64,000 nucleotides of DNA. Origin: Octopus vulgaris. Taxonomy: Eukaryota. Below are positions 11,487-22,623 of this stretch, piece by piece. The notes under the pieces were generated by a model. The model ran no database searches and was not told the DNA's origin. It saw nothing but the letters and a program-made list of their open reading frames with translations. The stretch covers positions 36,952,001 through 37,016,000 of the forward strand of contig OX597827.1 of assembly GCA_951406725.2 (NCBI GenBank). Direction: 5' to 3'. Each line of letters opens with the position of its first letter. The first letter of the stretch is position 1. The position numbers and the translations under genes were made by a program.

Positions 11487-11702
11487 TAAAAAATTAGAAA
11501 AAAAACACCTTTTATCAATTCAAAATAAACAATTAAATTACACCATCTAGAAAATTACATATAATAGAAATATTAAAATAAAAATAACAATAAAATGTCA
11601 ATGATTAAGTAAATTGCAAAAAAAATAATAAAAACGTATATAATTGGTGTAATTTAATTGTTCATTTTGAATTGATAAAAGGTGTTTTTTTCTAATTTTT
11701 TA
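11487..11702. repeat. Fold-back element, ~58-bp arms
   Basis: taaaaaattagaaaaaaaacaccttttatcaattcaaaataaacaattaaattacacca / tggtgtaatttaattgttcattttgaattgataaaaggtgttttttctaatttttta. Confidence 0.9.
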
Positions 11703-12134
11703 TATATATATTTCATTGTGGGAAATTTGATTTAGTATTTCTAAATTGAATTTTTTCCCTGTAAGTTTGGATTTATATTCCCTCAAATAATAATAAATAT
11801 ATATATAGATAGATATATATATACACATAAATATACAAGGATGATATAACCCTAAGATGGAAGATAACAAACTTTAACAATAGGTCATAACATTTGTTTC
11901 TGCACTACCCACCAGCTTTAAGTTGCTGAGTTTATATTCAAGGATCATTAGTGAAGAACATTTTTTTAATAATTATTGTACAGTTAAACGCTGCCCAGCA
12001 ACAGCCATGTGTATCTAGCCTTGGAATATACCCCAGTGTAGGATATCATGTGGTAGTCAAATAATGATGTAAGAATGCTTATACACCAGTTAGAGGATTT
12101 TATCCAAATTATATTATATACACATCCATCCATA

Positions 12135-13359
12135 CAGGGTCTTGCAGATAAATTGAGACAATTTCTACGATGGATAAAACTAGTTATAAATACTAATATA
12201 ATGGTAGTAGACAGATATAGTTTTAATGTAACATTTATTACAGTTACTGCCTCCACCTGAGAATGAAATTTTCATGCAGCTGCTGCATCCTCCACCTTTT
12301 TGATTTTGCATGTCACATGCACAATGCAGGTCTTCAAACTGTTGACACTCAAGTGTGGTGAAGTACGCCCCATAAAAAGTGATCAAGAAGGTTGAAGTCT
12401 GGGCTATCACTGGGCCTGATGTTTGCTCTCACGAAAAATGACACCTTCTTACCAAGGAAGGCCTGTGTTGCTTTTGACCTATGGGATGGTGCAGAATCTT
12501 AGATAAGCACTACATTGTCAAGCCCAAACTTCTGCTCCATACAAGGTAACAGAGATTTCTTTGGGATGTCCAGATACTCATTTGTGTCGATCTTCAAGCC
12601 AGACTCAATGAAGTGTGGATCCATAACACTTCTATCACTCACCACGGCTCCAAATACCATCACAGAAGCAGGATTCTTAGTCTCAAAACAGGGGAAGGGG
12701 CGTCAGAAGAGTTGTACACAATTACTTAAGAATTTCTATGATTCACCTCAGCATCCACAGTGAACTTCTTGTCCACAAACACTAGAGCTTTTCCTGTACC
12801 TTGATGCTTGATGAATGAGAGAAGCTTTGGGCATCTCTCAGCTCTCATTGCTTAGCCCTTGGCTGTTAGGAGGTGATGGTGGTGTCAAACATAGCTAGTC
12901 ATGCCAAGGTTCCTGTTCACAGCTCTGGACACTGTGGAAAGGGAGACATTGCGTTTCTTTGCAAGAGTTGTCATAGATGTGGATGTGTTGGCTTCAATCA
13001 AGCATTTGAGGCCAGTGAGAAACTTTGGATTGCACTTGGAATCATTTCAAGTCTTGTGTTCTTTTCTATCAATCTTTCCCTCTTCTTTAAATTGTTTATA
13101 CACATGATAAACTATTGCATTTGGAAGTTTTGTCAGCTGAACAATTTTATTGGCAGTTTGCCCAGCACATGCCAAAATAACAGTGGCAGAACGATTCTGT
13201 TGTTCTGTGACTTTCTGTTGTCGAATCAGTTCACTATTTACTTGAAAAATAAAGAGGGGGATTAGGTTTTCAAGCAAGCAAGGTTTTGTCGAGAAATGAA
13301 ATGTTAAATCCATTAAGTCAACTGCTTAAAATTGCTCTTAATTTATCTGCAAAACCCTG
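12135..13359 (-). mobile_element. Tc1/mariner-superfamily transposon, DD37D (maT) type, both TIRs present, transposase pseudogenised
   Basis: TIRs cagggtcttgcagataaattgagacaattt / aaattgctcttaatttatctgcaaaaccctg with TA on both sides. Transposase motifs PASVMVFGAV and *DSAPSH...PSDSPDFNLLD; 37 residues lie between the 2nd and 3rd D; stops present. Confidence 0.9.
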
Positions 13360-13508
13360 TACATACATATACAGACATATATACATTTATAAATATATAT
13401 ATATATATATATGTGTATTTAATATAAATATTAGGGAAGTTATTTCCAAGTCCACAGGGGAGAGAAGTTCAATTTCGTAGTACTAAAATGAATTACTCAC
13501 TGTATTAT

Positions 13509-13549
<41 letters not shown>

Positions 13550-14264
13550 TAGATAGGTTTAAGAGACAGAATCACCCAGGATGAACGAAAAATTAAATGT
13601 AAACATAAACTGAATTGCCTATTTAATAAGATGACATAACATTTGATTTGTTAGAAAATAAATAAAACCCTAATTTTAGATCAAATAAAATTTAATCATA
13701 ATACTTAGATATAATGTTTAATCATAATTTATTATTTAGTATAACTAGAATATATTTACTTATTTATATATAAACGTAAGATAATATTTAATTAACTTCT
13801 AATTTCAGATATTTTAGTTTCTTCATAAAAATTTATAGTATAATATTAGATGATATTATTCTAAACTTTTGATCTTAATTTAGAAACTCAATTTTAAGAA
13901 TAATAGTATAATCAATATAGATTAATTGTATTATAATTATAAAAATAATAAAAAATTATACTTTTACTGATTTTTACTAATTTTTACTGACTTTTACTTG
14001 ATTCAAAATATTTTAAATGCTTTAAAATTATAAGTTGAGTAATTTAGTTTACCTAGAAATTTATTATTTATCAAAGTTAACATATAAATAATATAAATTA
14101 ACCAGGAAAAAAAGGACAATTCCCATCATACACTCACTTCTGGCTTCTCCTGATTTATTATAAATAATAGAAAATACCCTTTAAAGACTTTTAAATATTA
14201 ATGTATCTGTATATGTGAATGAGTGTGTGAATCATCATTTAACTTGTATATAATTTTTTTTAAC

Positions 14265-14650
14265 TCTTTCTTGTTTCTGTCATTTGACTGTGACCATGCT
14301 GGGGCACTGCCTTGAGCTTTAGTCAAACAAATCAACCCCAGAACTTTTAAGCTTAGTACATATTCCATCAACTACTTTTGTCAAACCACTAAATTACAGG
14401 AATGCAAACAGACCAACACTGGTTGCCAAGTGGTGGTGGGTGACATATATAGACACAAATACACACACACACACACACACACACTTCCTTTAGTTTCTGC
14501 TCCCCAAATCTACTCGCAAGGCTTTGGTTGTCCTGAGGCTATATAAGATGAAGACACTTGCCCAAGGTGCCATGTTGAACCCAGAACCATGCAAACCTGG
14601 AACTATGTGGTTGGGAAGGAAGCTTCTTACCCCAGAGCCACATCTGTACC
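14265..14650 (-). mobile_element. Octopus tRNA-derived SINE (diverged, near full length)
   Basis: Reverse-complement match to 54485-54900. Confidence 0.75.
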
Positions 14651-15038
14651 TTTGGTCACACAAAGTTTATTGGAGGCAGATTTTCTATGACCATTCCTTT
14701 CCTGTCATCAACCCTCAATTGCTTCCAAGCAAGGTAATAATTCCTGTGGTCAGACATATTTCAGTTGATAGGAAAAGAATTATGTTGCCTGTATGATGGT
14801 GTGGCTCATATACAATCATTATATGATGTCAAGACCAAGCAGTGTTCAAACACATGCATACAAAACAGGTTTCTTTCAGTTTCCATCACCTAAAGCCACT
14901 CTAAAGGTTGTGTGGTCAGCTAAAGTAGAAAATACTTGCTGCACAGTGGGACCAAACCTAAGACCACACGGTTGAGAAGCAAACTTCTAAACATAGCCAT
15001 GCTAGCACCTATGCCTATATATATGTATACACATATAC

Positions 15039-15079
<41 letters not shown>

Positions 15080-15485
15080 AAGAGAGAGAGAGAGAAAGAT
15101 CTTTGATGTTTATACATCAATTTTGCTCCCCACCCTCTCTGTCTCTCTTTCACTCTATACGTTTATATATACAGTATAATTTCCCATGATATAAACCCAA
15201 TTCTTTTGTTTTCGTTAATCCACATATATAGTCCACATTTTTTCTCTTCACCACAATGGAGAAAACCTCTACTCTTTAAATGATTTTTTTATGGCATATT
15301 GTTTCTGTGTGCGTGCGTACGCACACACATGCATGTGTGTGTGGTGCATGTATGTGTTTGTGCTTTATGTTTGTGAATATGTGTATGTGAATATGTGGGA
15401 GTTTGTATGTATATATACATATATGCATATAAATATATGCATATATGTATATATACGTATATATATCTATATCTATCTATCCATC

Positions 15486-15541
<56 letters not shown>

Positions 15542-15961
15542 TATGTGTGTGTGTGTGTGTGTGTATGAGCACGTGCATTGTTCATGTGTGTAGAGGTGTG
15601 TATCTGTTTGTGTGTGATGAACAGTATCTAATATAAAAATTAACACACATATCATGTCTGGCTAAATTAATCTTTGGTGTCTGATTTTTCCACAGTTAAT
15701 AACATCGAGAAATATAATGTTCATATCACCAGAACTGCGTGTATATATTTATGTATGTATGTACATGTGTGTTTGTGTATGCATGTATGTATGTGTATAT
15801 GTGCATATGTATATATGTATATATCAATGTTTGTGCATGTGTGTATGTATGTGTAAGTATGCTGGCAAGTATGTATATTAATACTCATACACATATGGTG
15901 GGCTTTGTTATTTGTCATATTTTATGTGGGGTGTAACTGTCTGTCTCTGTCTGTTCGTCTG

Positions 15962-16000
<39 letters not shown>

Positions 16001-16044
16001 TGTAATCTATATGAGTGTGTATAATATATTCGACAAATATAACT

Positions 16045-16468
16045 TTATTTCATCTAGTTTCAGCTCATGAGCTGTGGCCATGCTGGGGTGAGCACAATCA
16101 TGGAGCACTGCCTTTCGTTGAGCAAATCAACCCTAGAACTTATTCTTTCTAAGCCTAGTACTTATTTTATCACTCTTTCGCCAAACCGCTAGGTTACAGG
16201 GATGTAAGCACACCAACATCAACGTCAAGCAATGGTAGAGGGACAAACACAGACAGGCAAGTATGTACACACTCACACACAAACATATATATATATATAT
16301 ATATATATACAACGAGCTTCTTTCAGTTTCCATCTACCAAATTCACTCATAGGGCTTTGGTCAGCCTGAGGCTATAGTAGAAGACACCCAAGTGCCATGC
16401 AGTAGGACTGAACCCAGAACTGTGTGGTTGGGAAGCAAGCTTCTTACCATACAGCCACACCTGCACCT
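16045..16468 (-). mobile_element. Octopus tRNA-derived SINE
   Basis: Reverse-complement match to 54485-54900, including the internal (TA)n. Confidence 0.85.
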
Positions 16469-16868
16469 ATATATATATATATATATATATATCTCCCTCT
16501 CTCTCTCTCATTCTGCATTCTTTTCTCTACAACCATTCCCTTTTTTCTCTCCCTTTCTCTTACTCCTCCTCCTCCCTCCCGTCGTTGACCTGCGATGAGA
16601 ACTCTGCTACTGTCTTTCTTCTCCTGGCTACCTTCAAGTAGAGACAGCACATCTGTTGCTCCCTCGCTGTTCTCAAAAGATAGCGTTCGTAAAAAATTTT
16701 ATCTCGTTCGGCTTAACAGCCCTTCTTGTTTGTGTTACTGTTATTCTCCTTGTCCTGTCTTTTACTGTTTATATTTTGTACTGTCGTTACTGTCCTGTTT
16801 TTGTTACCATTTTTACCCCTCCGCAAAAAAATCTCAAATTTTATTTAATTTGATTTTCACGGGAAGGA

Positions 16869-16944
16869 TTGTTTCATTAAAGTCATGTATCGCCTTGACC
16901 TTCGAAACGTGGAGTAGATGAAACAAAGGCGACTGATGAAGGGA
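16869..16944 (+). ncRNA. Candidate non-circularly permuted hammerhead ribozyme
   Basis: ttgtttcat-taaag-tcatG-TA-tcgcct-tga-ccttc-GAAA-cgtgg-agtag-atgaaacaa-aggcga-CTGATGA-aggg. All core nucleotides are present and stems I and III pair well; stem II is weak. Confidence 0.55.
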
Positions 16945-17155
16945 AATTTTCCTTGTTTTGTATGTCCTGTACTCTATTTTTTCGTTGTTTAAGAAAAATG
17001 TCCATTTTGGTTTTGTGTTTATGTTTTCGTTTCTCATTGTGTTCGACGTATTTTTGGTGTCCTGTACCCATATATGCATGTATATATACATGTAGAGGTA
17101 GTACGTACATATATGTATGTATATATGCATATGTTTTATTTATTTATTAATTTAT

Positions 17156-17204
<49 letters not shown>

Positions 17205-17351
17205 TCATCATCATCATCGTTTAGCGTCCGTTTTCCATGCTAGCATATATATATATATATAAAACAAATTAAAGTTGTAAGGTACTGCACGAGTGAAAAT
17301 ATATATGAAGGAAAGTTTGAAAATGGAAAGGACTTTTAGAGATGTTTATTG

Positions 17352-17393
17352 ACTTAACCAGTTTCACTTTTTCAGAAAAAGATTGTCAAAAGT
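17352..17393 (-). ncRNA. Decayed minimal hammerhead in a (TA)n-flanked PLE-like fragment
   Basis: Minus strand: actt-TTGACAA-tcttttt(ctg)aaaaagt-GAAA-ctgg-TT-aagt. Confidence 0.55.
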
Positions 17394-18030
17394 AAAATGT
17401 AAAGCTTTGTATAAGCTTCCAAGTCTTATGATGCTATCAGCTTCATGTATGCAAACATGGTCATGTATGTATATATGTATTTATGTGTGTGTGTATGTGA
17501 GTGCGTGTGTGTGTGTTGCATGCATGTATATTCACCAACACACATACATTAATTATGCTATATTAAGATTTTACTCTAAAGCTGCTTATATTGCATAATT
17601 TGAATTTTATTCTACTGATGCACCACTTTTTCAAGCCAGTGTATAATTTATACCCCATCTCTATATACTTGTGGCTTGATGATTCAGTTTCACTTCTGAG
17701 AGGACATGAGTACTTCCACAATAATGGCACAGTACAAATCTGAACTCTCTTGGTCACGTTTGGGACAATTTTGTTTTATTTAGCTCAGAAGTATATTGAG
17801 GTTTAGCACAATATGTTTATAAAAAGATTTTCCCAGATGAAAAACTGCGGCATCCAGATTTTTAACGACAGTCATACACTATATATGTAATATTGATAAA
17901 GATTTTATTCTAGAGCTACTTCTATTGCATAATTTCCATATATATATATATTTATATACCTATATATCTGTCCCTCTCTGACACCACTGTTTTTATCAAC
18001 ACCTACAACTACTTCTTCCATGTCACTGAC

Positions 18031-18367
18031 TCCTTCCCTTGAATCTCTAGTAATCTGATTTATTGCATCCTTTGATCTCTTTGCCACTCCCTATACATTA
18101 AATAAACTGATTGGCACATAGCTTACCAGTTTACCAAAGACTTTCCAGACATCTGGCTCAGTAATTACATCCTAGTCTTACACCATTTCCACTCAACTGG
18201 TCATTCTCGGCAACATCGAACTATATTCAAACTGGCCTTGCATAGAGGTCACCCAGACTCTCATCTACGAATTGAGTAGGAATTCATTTTCTCTCTCCAT
18301 ACTTCACATTTCAATCCCTCCCCATACTTCAGTCCCTCATGATCTAAATTCTCTGCCTCTTTTCATT
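18031..18367 (+). pseudogene. Penelope-like element GIY-YIG endonuclease remnant
   Basis: SFP*ISSNLIYCIL*SLCHSLYIK*T...VLHHFHSTGHS...LRIE*EFIFSL, matching PLE EN FTCTSSNLIYCI.C..C..LYIG.T and HF...GHS. The remnant probably extends ~17950-19570. Confidence 0.8.
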
Positions 18368-18644
18368 TATACTGCTCTCCACACACAATTACACACACCA
18401 CCCAACTCTTACATTCCCACTATCCCCTCAACTTCTACCCCTACATGTACATCTACACTACATGTTTAGCCCATTACCTAACATCACATACACTATTTAC
18501 ATTCAAACAGATATACATACACATACACTTTTCTTCTTCCTACTTCACAAACATACCTATCTCCACACTTATAGTAGTAATCATATAATAACACACCTAA
18601 ACTTCCCAACACCTATCATTTTTGTCACCAATATTCCACCTAGT

Positions 18645-18980
18645 GAAGGCACATGGCTCAGTGGTTAGAGCATCGAGCTTACGATCGTGAGGTTGTGAAC
18701 TCGACTCCTGGACTGGGCTGTGTGTTGTGTTCTTGAGCAAGACACTTTATTTCACGTTGCTCCTGTTCACTCAGCTGTAGAAATGAGTTGCGACGTCACA
18801 GGTGCCAAGCTGTATCGGCTGTTGCCTTTCCCTTGGATAACACTGGTGGCGTGGAGAGGGAAGACCAGTATGCATGGGCGACTGCTGGTCTTCCATAAAC
18901 AGCCTAGCCCTGACTTGTACCTGGGAGGGTAACTTTCTAGGTGCAATCCCATGGTCTGTGTCATAAGCGAAGGAGGTCTC
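18645..18980 (+). mobile_element. tRNA-derived SINE with CORE-like domain
   Basis: A box tggctcagtggttagagc, B-box-like gaactcgactcc, then tgtgttcttgagcaagacactttatttc. Confidence 0.8.
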
Positions 18981-19571
18981 AGATTCCACCTAACATTTCT
19001 ATCCAGTATGATGTATATAACATCCTCATAAACACATGCATAAACAGAAAACTGCACAAATGCATACATATGCAGGCATACAGGCATTTACACACACACA
19101 CGAGTACACACAGTACCCACAGTACACACACACATACATTGGATAATCTTATACACATAACATATGTCAAATAGCCTTATACACATAGAAAACATGGACA
19201 CACACTCTCACACACATGTGTATACATATGCACTAACATACGATGTATACATACACACATTAGCTTCATACCCACATGCATTTGCTCATTCACACATGTC
19301 CATTCCATGGCTTTCCCCATAGCCCATCACATCACTGTGATCTGTCACAGTTGTACCCTTTGCTAGTCACACTGCTAGCAACCCCTTCTTCCAGTCATTT
19401 CAGCATGTGGTGACTGTCTAATTGAGTCACGTTTGTTCGTTTTTCTCTCCATTTTTTTTTCTCTCCTTGTCTTTTCTTTCTGTAGAAGAGCATATGCTAA
19501 TTTTTCTGTGTGTAAATCTAATACACTTTGTTTTGTTTTTTTACCTCATCTTAGTATTGTTGTATTATTGC

Positions 19572-19621
<50 letters not shown>

Positions 19622-19849
19622 TGCGTGTGTGTGTGTGCGTGCATGCACGTGTGTGTGTGTGTGTACATGGTGTTTGGAGTAAATTTGTCAGTTTGCATAA
19701 ATGGAAAAGAAAACACAAAATTTCAGTCAAAATAAAGTTATCTTAAAGTATCAAAGATCATCATCATCATCATCATCGTTTAATGTCCGCTAGATTATGA
19801 TATCAGCTAGATAAAAGATATCAACTAGATTATGATTGGATGATAAGAG

Positions 19850-20330
19850 TTTACTCAAAGCACCCATCTTCATCTTCCACCATAGCCTCAAGATGGCTTG
19901 ACACTAGAACCTTGCACATACATTCCTTATTGTGTTCTTGAGAAGATCTTGAAACACCTTTTTGATCTTGGCTCCCAGCCTGGTCTTGGTGTTGCAGCAG
20001 AACAATTAGTGTCTTTCTCAACTGCATCCCACACATAGGAACTAGGAGGCCAGAAATTGGAGCTGGTGAAGTCAAAAATTCTCCAACAACCACTTCTGAC
20101 ACTTTCCAGAAGTTTGGCAAGGAACCAAATCCTGCTGTCACACATGTGTCCTTCTGGTAGCACTATGGCCTCTCTAGCTAGGGTTTGAGTACAATCTCCA
20201 GCAGCTTCATGTAGCCATCTGAATTGAGCCAAAGGCCCTGTTCAAAGATGTGGGGTGGCATGATGTCACTCTCAATGGGACAGGAAACAAAAGTCATCTA
20301 TTGTTTTGGTTGAGATCACCTGCTTAACTG
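19850..20330 (-). mobile_element. Second maT/DD37D-like transposase remnant
   Basis: DFTSSNFWPPSSYVWDAVEKDTN, similar to the WPP.SPD.NPLDYYVW region with a deletion. Confidence 0.65.
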
Positions 20331-21054
20331 ATAGGAATAAACTGAATAAAATAGTGAAAAAATAAAGGAAAGGAAATCTATGGCAAATGGATGCAAACAT
20401 TACATCGCTTTCTTCCAGGCTGTAAATTTTCATTTCTACATAAATTATAATTAGTGTTACATTAAATCATGAAATTGTTGAGAATTTTAAGAAAGAACAA
20501 AACAAACTGATTCACAGCCTCCAAATCCAATGGATTAGTGTTAAAATGAAGATTTATAAAACATTCAAAATATTTTCCATTTGGTTACCTGGAATGAGCA
20601 TATAAACTCCATCACACATTGTCATTTGGCATATGTACATTAAAGGAAGCCACTTCTGTACTACAGCGACATGTATACCCACTACATGAGTACATGCTTA
20701 TACACGCATATATATACACCAAAATAAAATCACTTTTTCACTTATTTTCCCAAATCACTGTATCCAGTTTCACTCAGGGAAGCTTTGGTACTTTTCTTGT
20801 CTCCAGCTTGAATTTAATGAACTTAAGTCTTTAAACAAAACAAACACAGATATATATACATATATGCATAAACAATAAATATATATATGCACTCATATAC
20901 ATATACATATTTAAACACATAAATCCCTACATAATATACATACATGGTTGCACATACATATACACCCATCCACGCATACTTCACACATGATTCTTCAAGG
21001 TGAACATCAAAAGAGGTTAGTTGTTACATGTTTGTTACACAGCAAGTTTAATTA

Positions 21055-22288
21055 TCTATCTTCTATATTAAAAGGCAAGTTGTCTGTGTGTTGTATGAAC
21101 CACCTCTACTCCTACAATTTTCAACCGAATTTCACCAAATTTAACATGTGTGCTCTCTGTGGCTTGGGACACATTTTCTTATAATTTTTTCCTTGAAATT
21201 CCGTGCCCCAAACATAAATAGACTACTCTCAATTCGCCTAAGATTTGAACCCACCACATCTGTGCAACAGTACACATACAATTTTCAGCATTCCTTTAGA
21301 AGTGCACTTCTCCAAGAAAATGACACCTAATTTCTAAAAAATTTATGAAAATGAGAAATATATCCAAAATAAATGAAGTATGCAAAAATTAGGAAGATTC
21401 ATTTATTTTTAAATATTTTATACTAAAAAATAAAACATGAAAAATGGGCACGTGCAAATATAAACAAACATGTCAGATGATACAAGGGGCAAAATAAAAA
21501 ATCAGATATAACGAAAAATAAAAAATCAGATACAAGGGGCAATAACTTGCATCAGATATTATTAATGATAAAAGGGGCCTGACAATAACGTTTGCAAATT
21601 CTTGATTGCTTTTAATCAGATTTTTTACTGCACACACTGGTAAGGGTTAGTGTAGCACGCGCTGCTGCCATGTAACAACTATTTGCAAATACCTGTTCAG
21701 TGGTAGCAGTACATGCTAGAAATACCTGCCAAATTGGTTAATGTTTACAAGTACACCTGCACATCAACCCCCACCTCTTTTCTTTCTTATATATATGTAT
21801 ATATTAGTGTGTGTGTGTGTGGTGTGCGTGTGTGTGTTTGTACCCCCATCGTTGCTTTACAACCGATGTTGGTGTGCCTACATACCTATAACTTAGCGGT
21901 TCGACAAAAGACACTGATAGAATAATTAGTAGGTGGTGCTCCAGCATGGCCGCAGTCACATAACTGAAACAAGTAAGACAATAAAAAACTATGCCAATTT
22001 TAATCCCAAGCAAGGCTGGGTATATATATGTGTGTGTGTCTGTTTGTCTTTGTACCCCCACCATTGCTTGACAACCGATATTGGTGTGCTTACCTCCCCA
22101 TAACTTAGTGGTTCGGCAAACGACACCAATAGAATAAGTACTAGGCTTACAAAGAATATATCCTGGGGTCAATTTCTTTGACTTAAGGTAGTGCTCCAGT
22201 ATGGCCGCAGTCACCTGACTGAAGCAATTGAAAGAATAATAAAATCTACACCATTTTAATCCCAAGCAACTTTGGGTATCTCTGCTAG
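21055..22288 (+). mobile_element. Non-autonomous Helitron containing SINE fragments
   Basis: 5' a|TCtatcttctatattaaaagg; 3' hairpin cccaagcaactttggg then CTAG|t. The ends resemble those of 56139-56538. Confidence 0.7.
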
Positions 22289-22623
22289 TATTCTTATATA
22301 TTTGCTGTCCACTTTCTTAACTCTTCTCCATTGTCTCAAATTTGTCAATGAAGCCATTATGTTATTTCTCAAGTTGATCATTATACAATGAATATATCAA
22401 TATTAACTATATGTGCCAGAATCATTAGCAAATTGGGCAAAATGCTTCACAACATTTCATCTGTCTTTACATTCTGAGTTCAAATTCTGCTGAGGCTGGC
22501 TTTGCCTTTCATCCTTACGGGGTTGATAAAATAAGTACCATTTGGGCCCTGGGGCTTATGTAATCGGCTCGCCCACTTCCCCAAAATTGCTTGTGCCAAA
22601 ATCTGAAATCAGTATTAAGTATA

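Noticed and set aside
18645-18720. Possible tRNA genes (also at 37910, 44774 and 54485)
   Set aside because: Only A/B-box-like heads continuing into SINE bodies; no complete cloverleaf.
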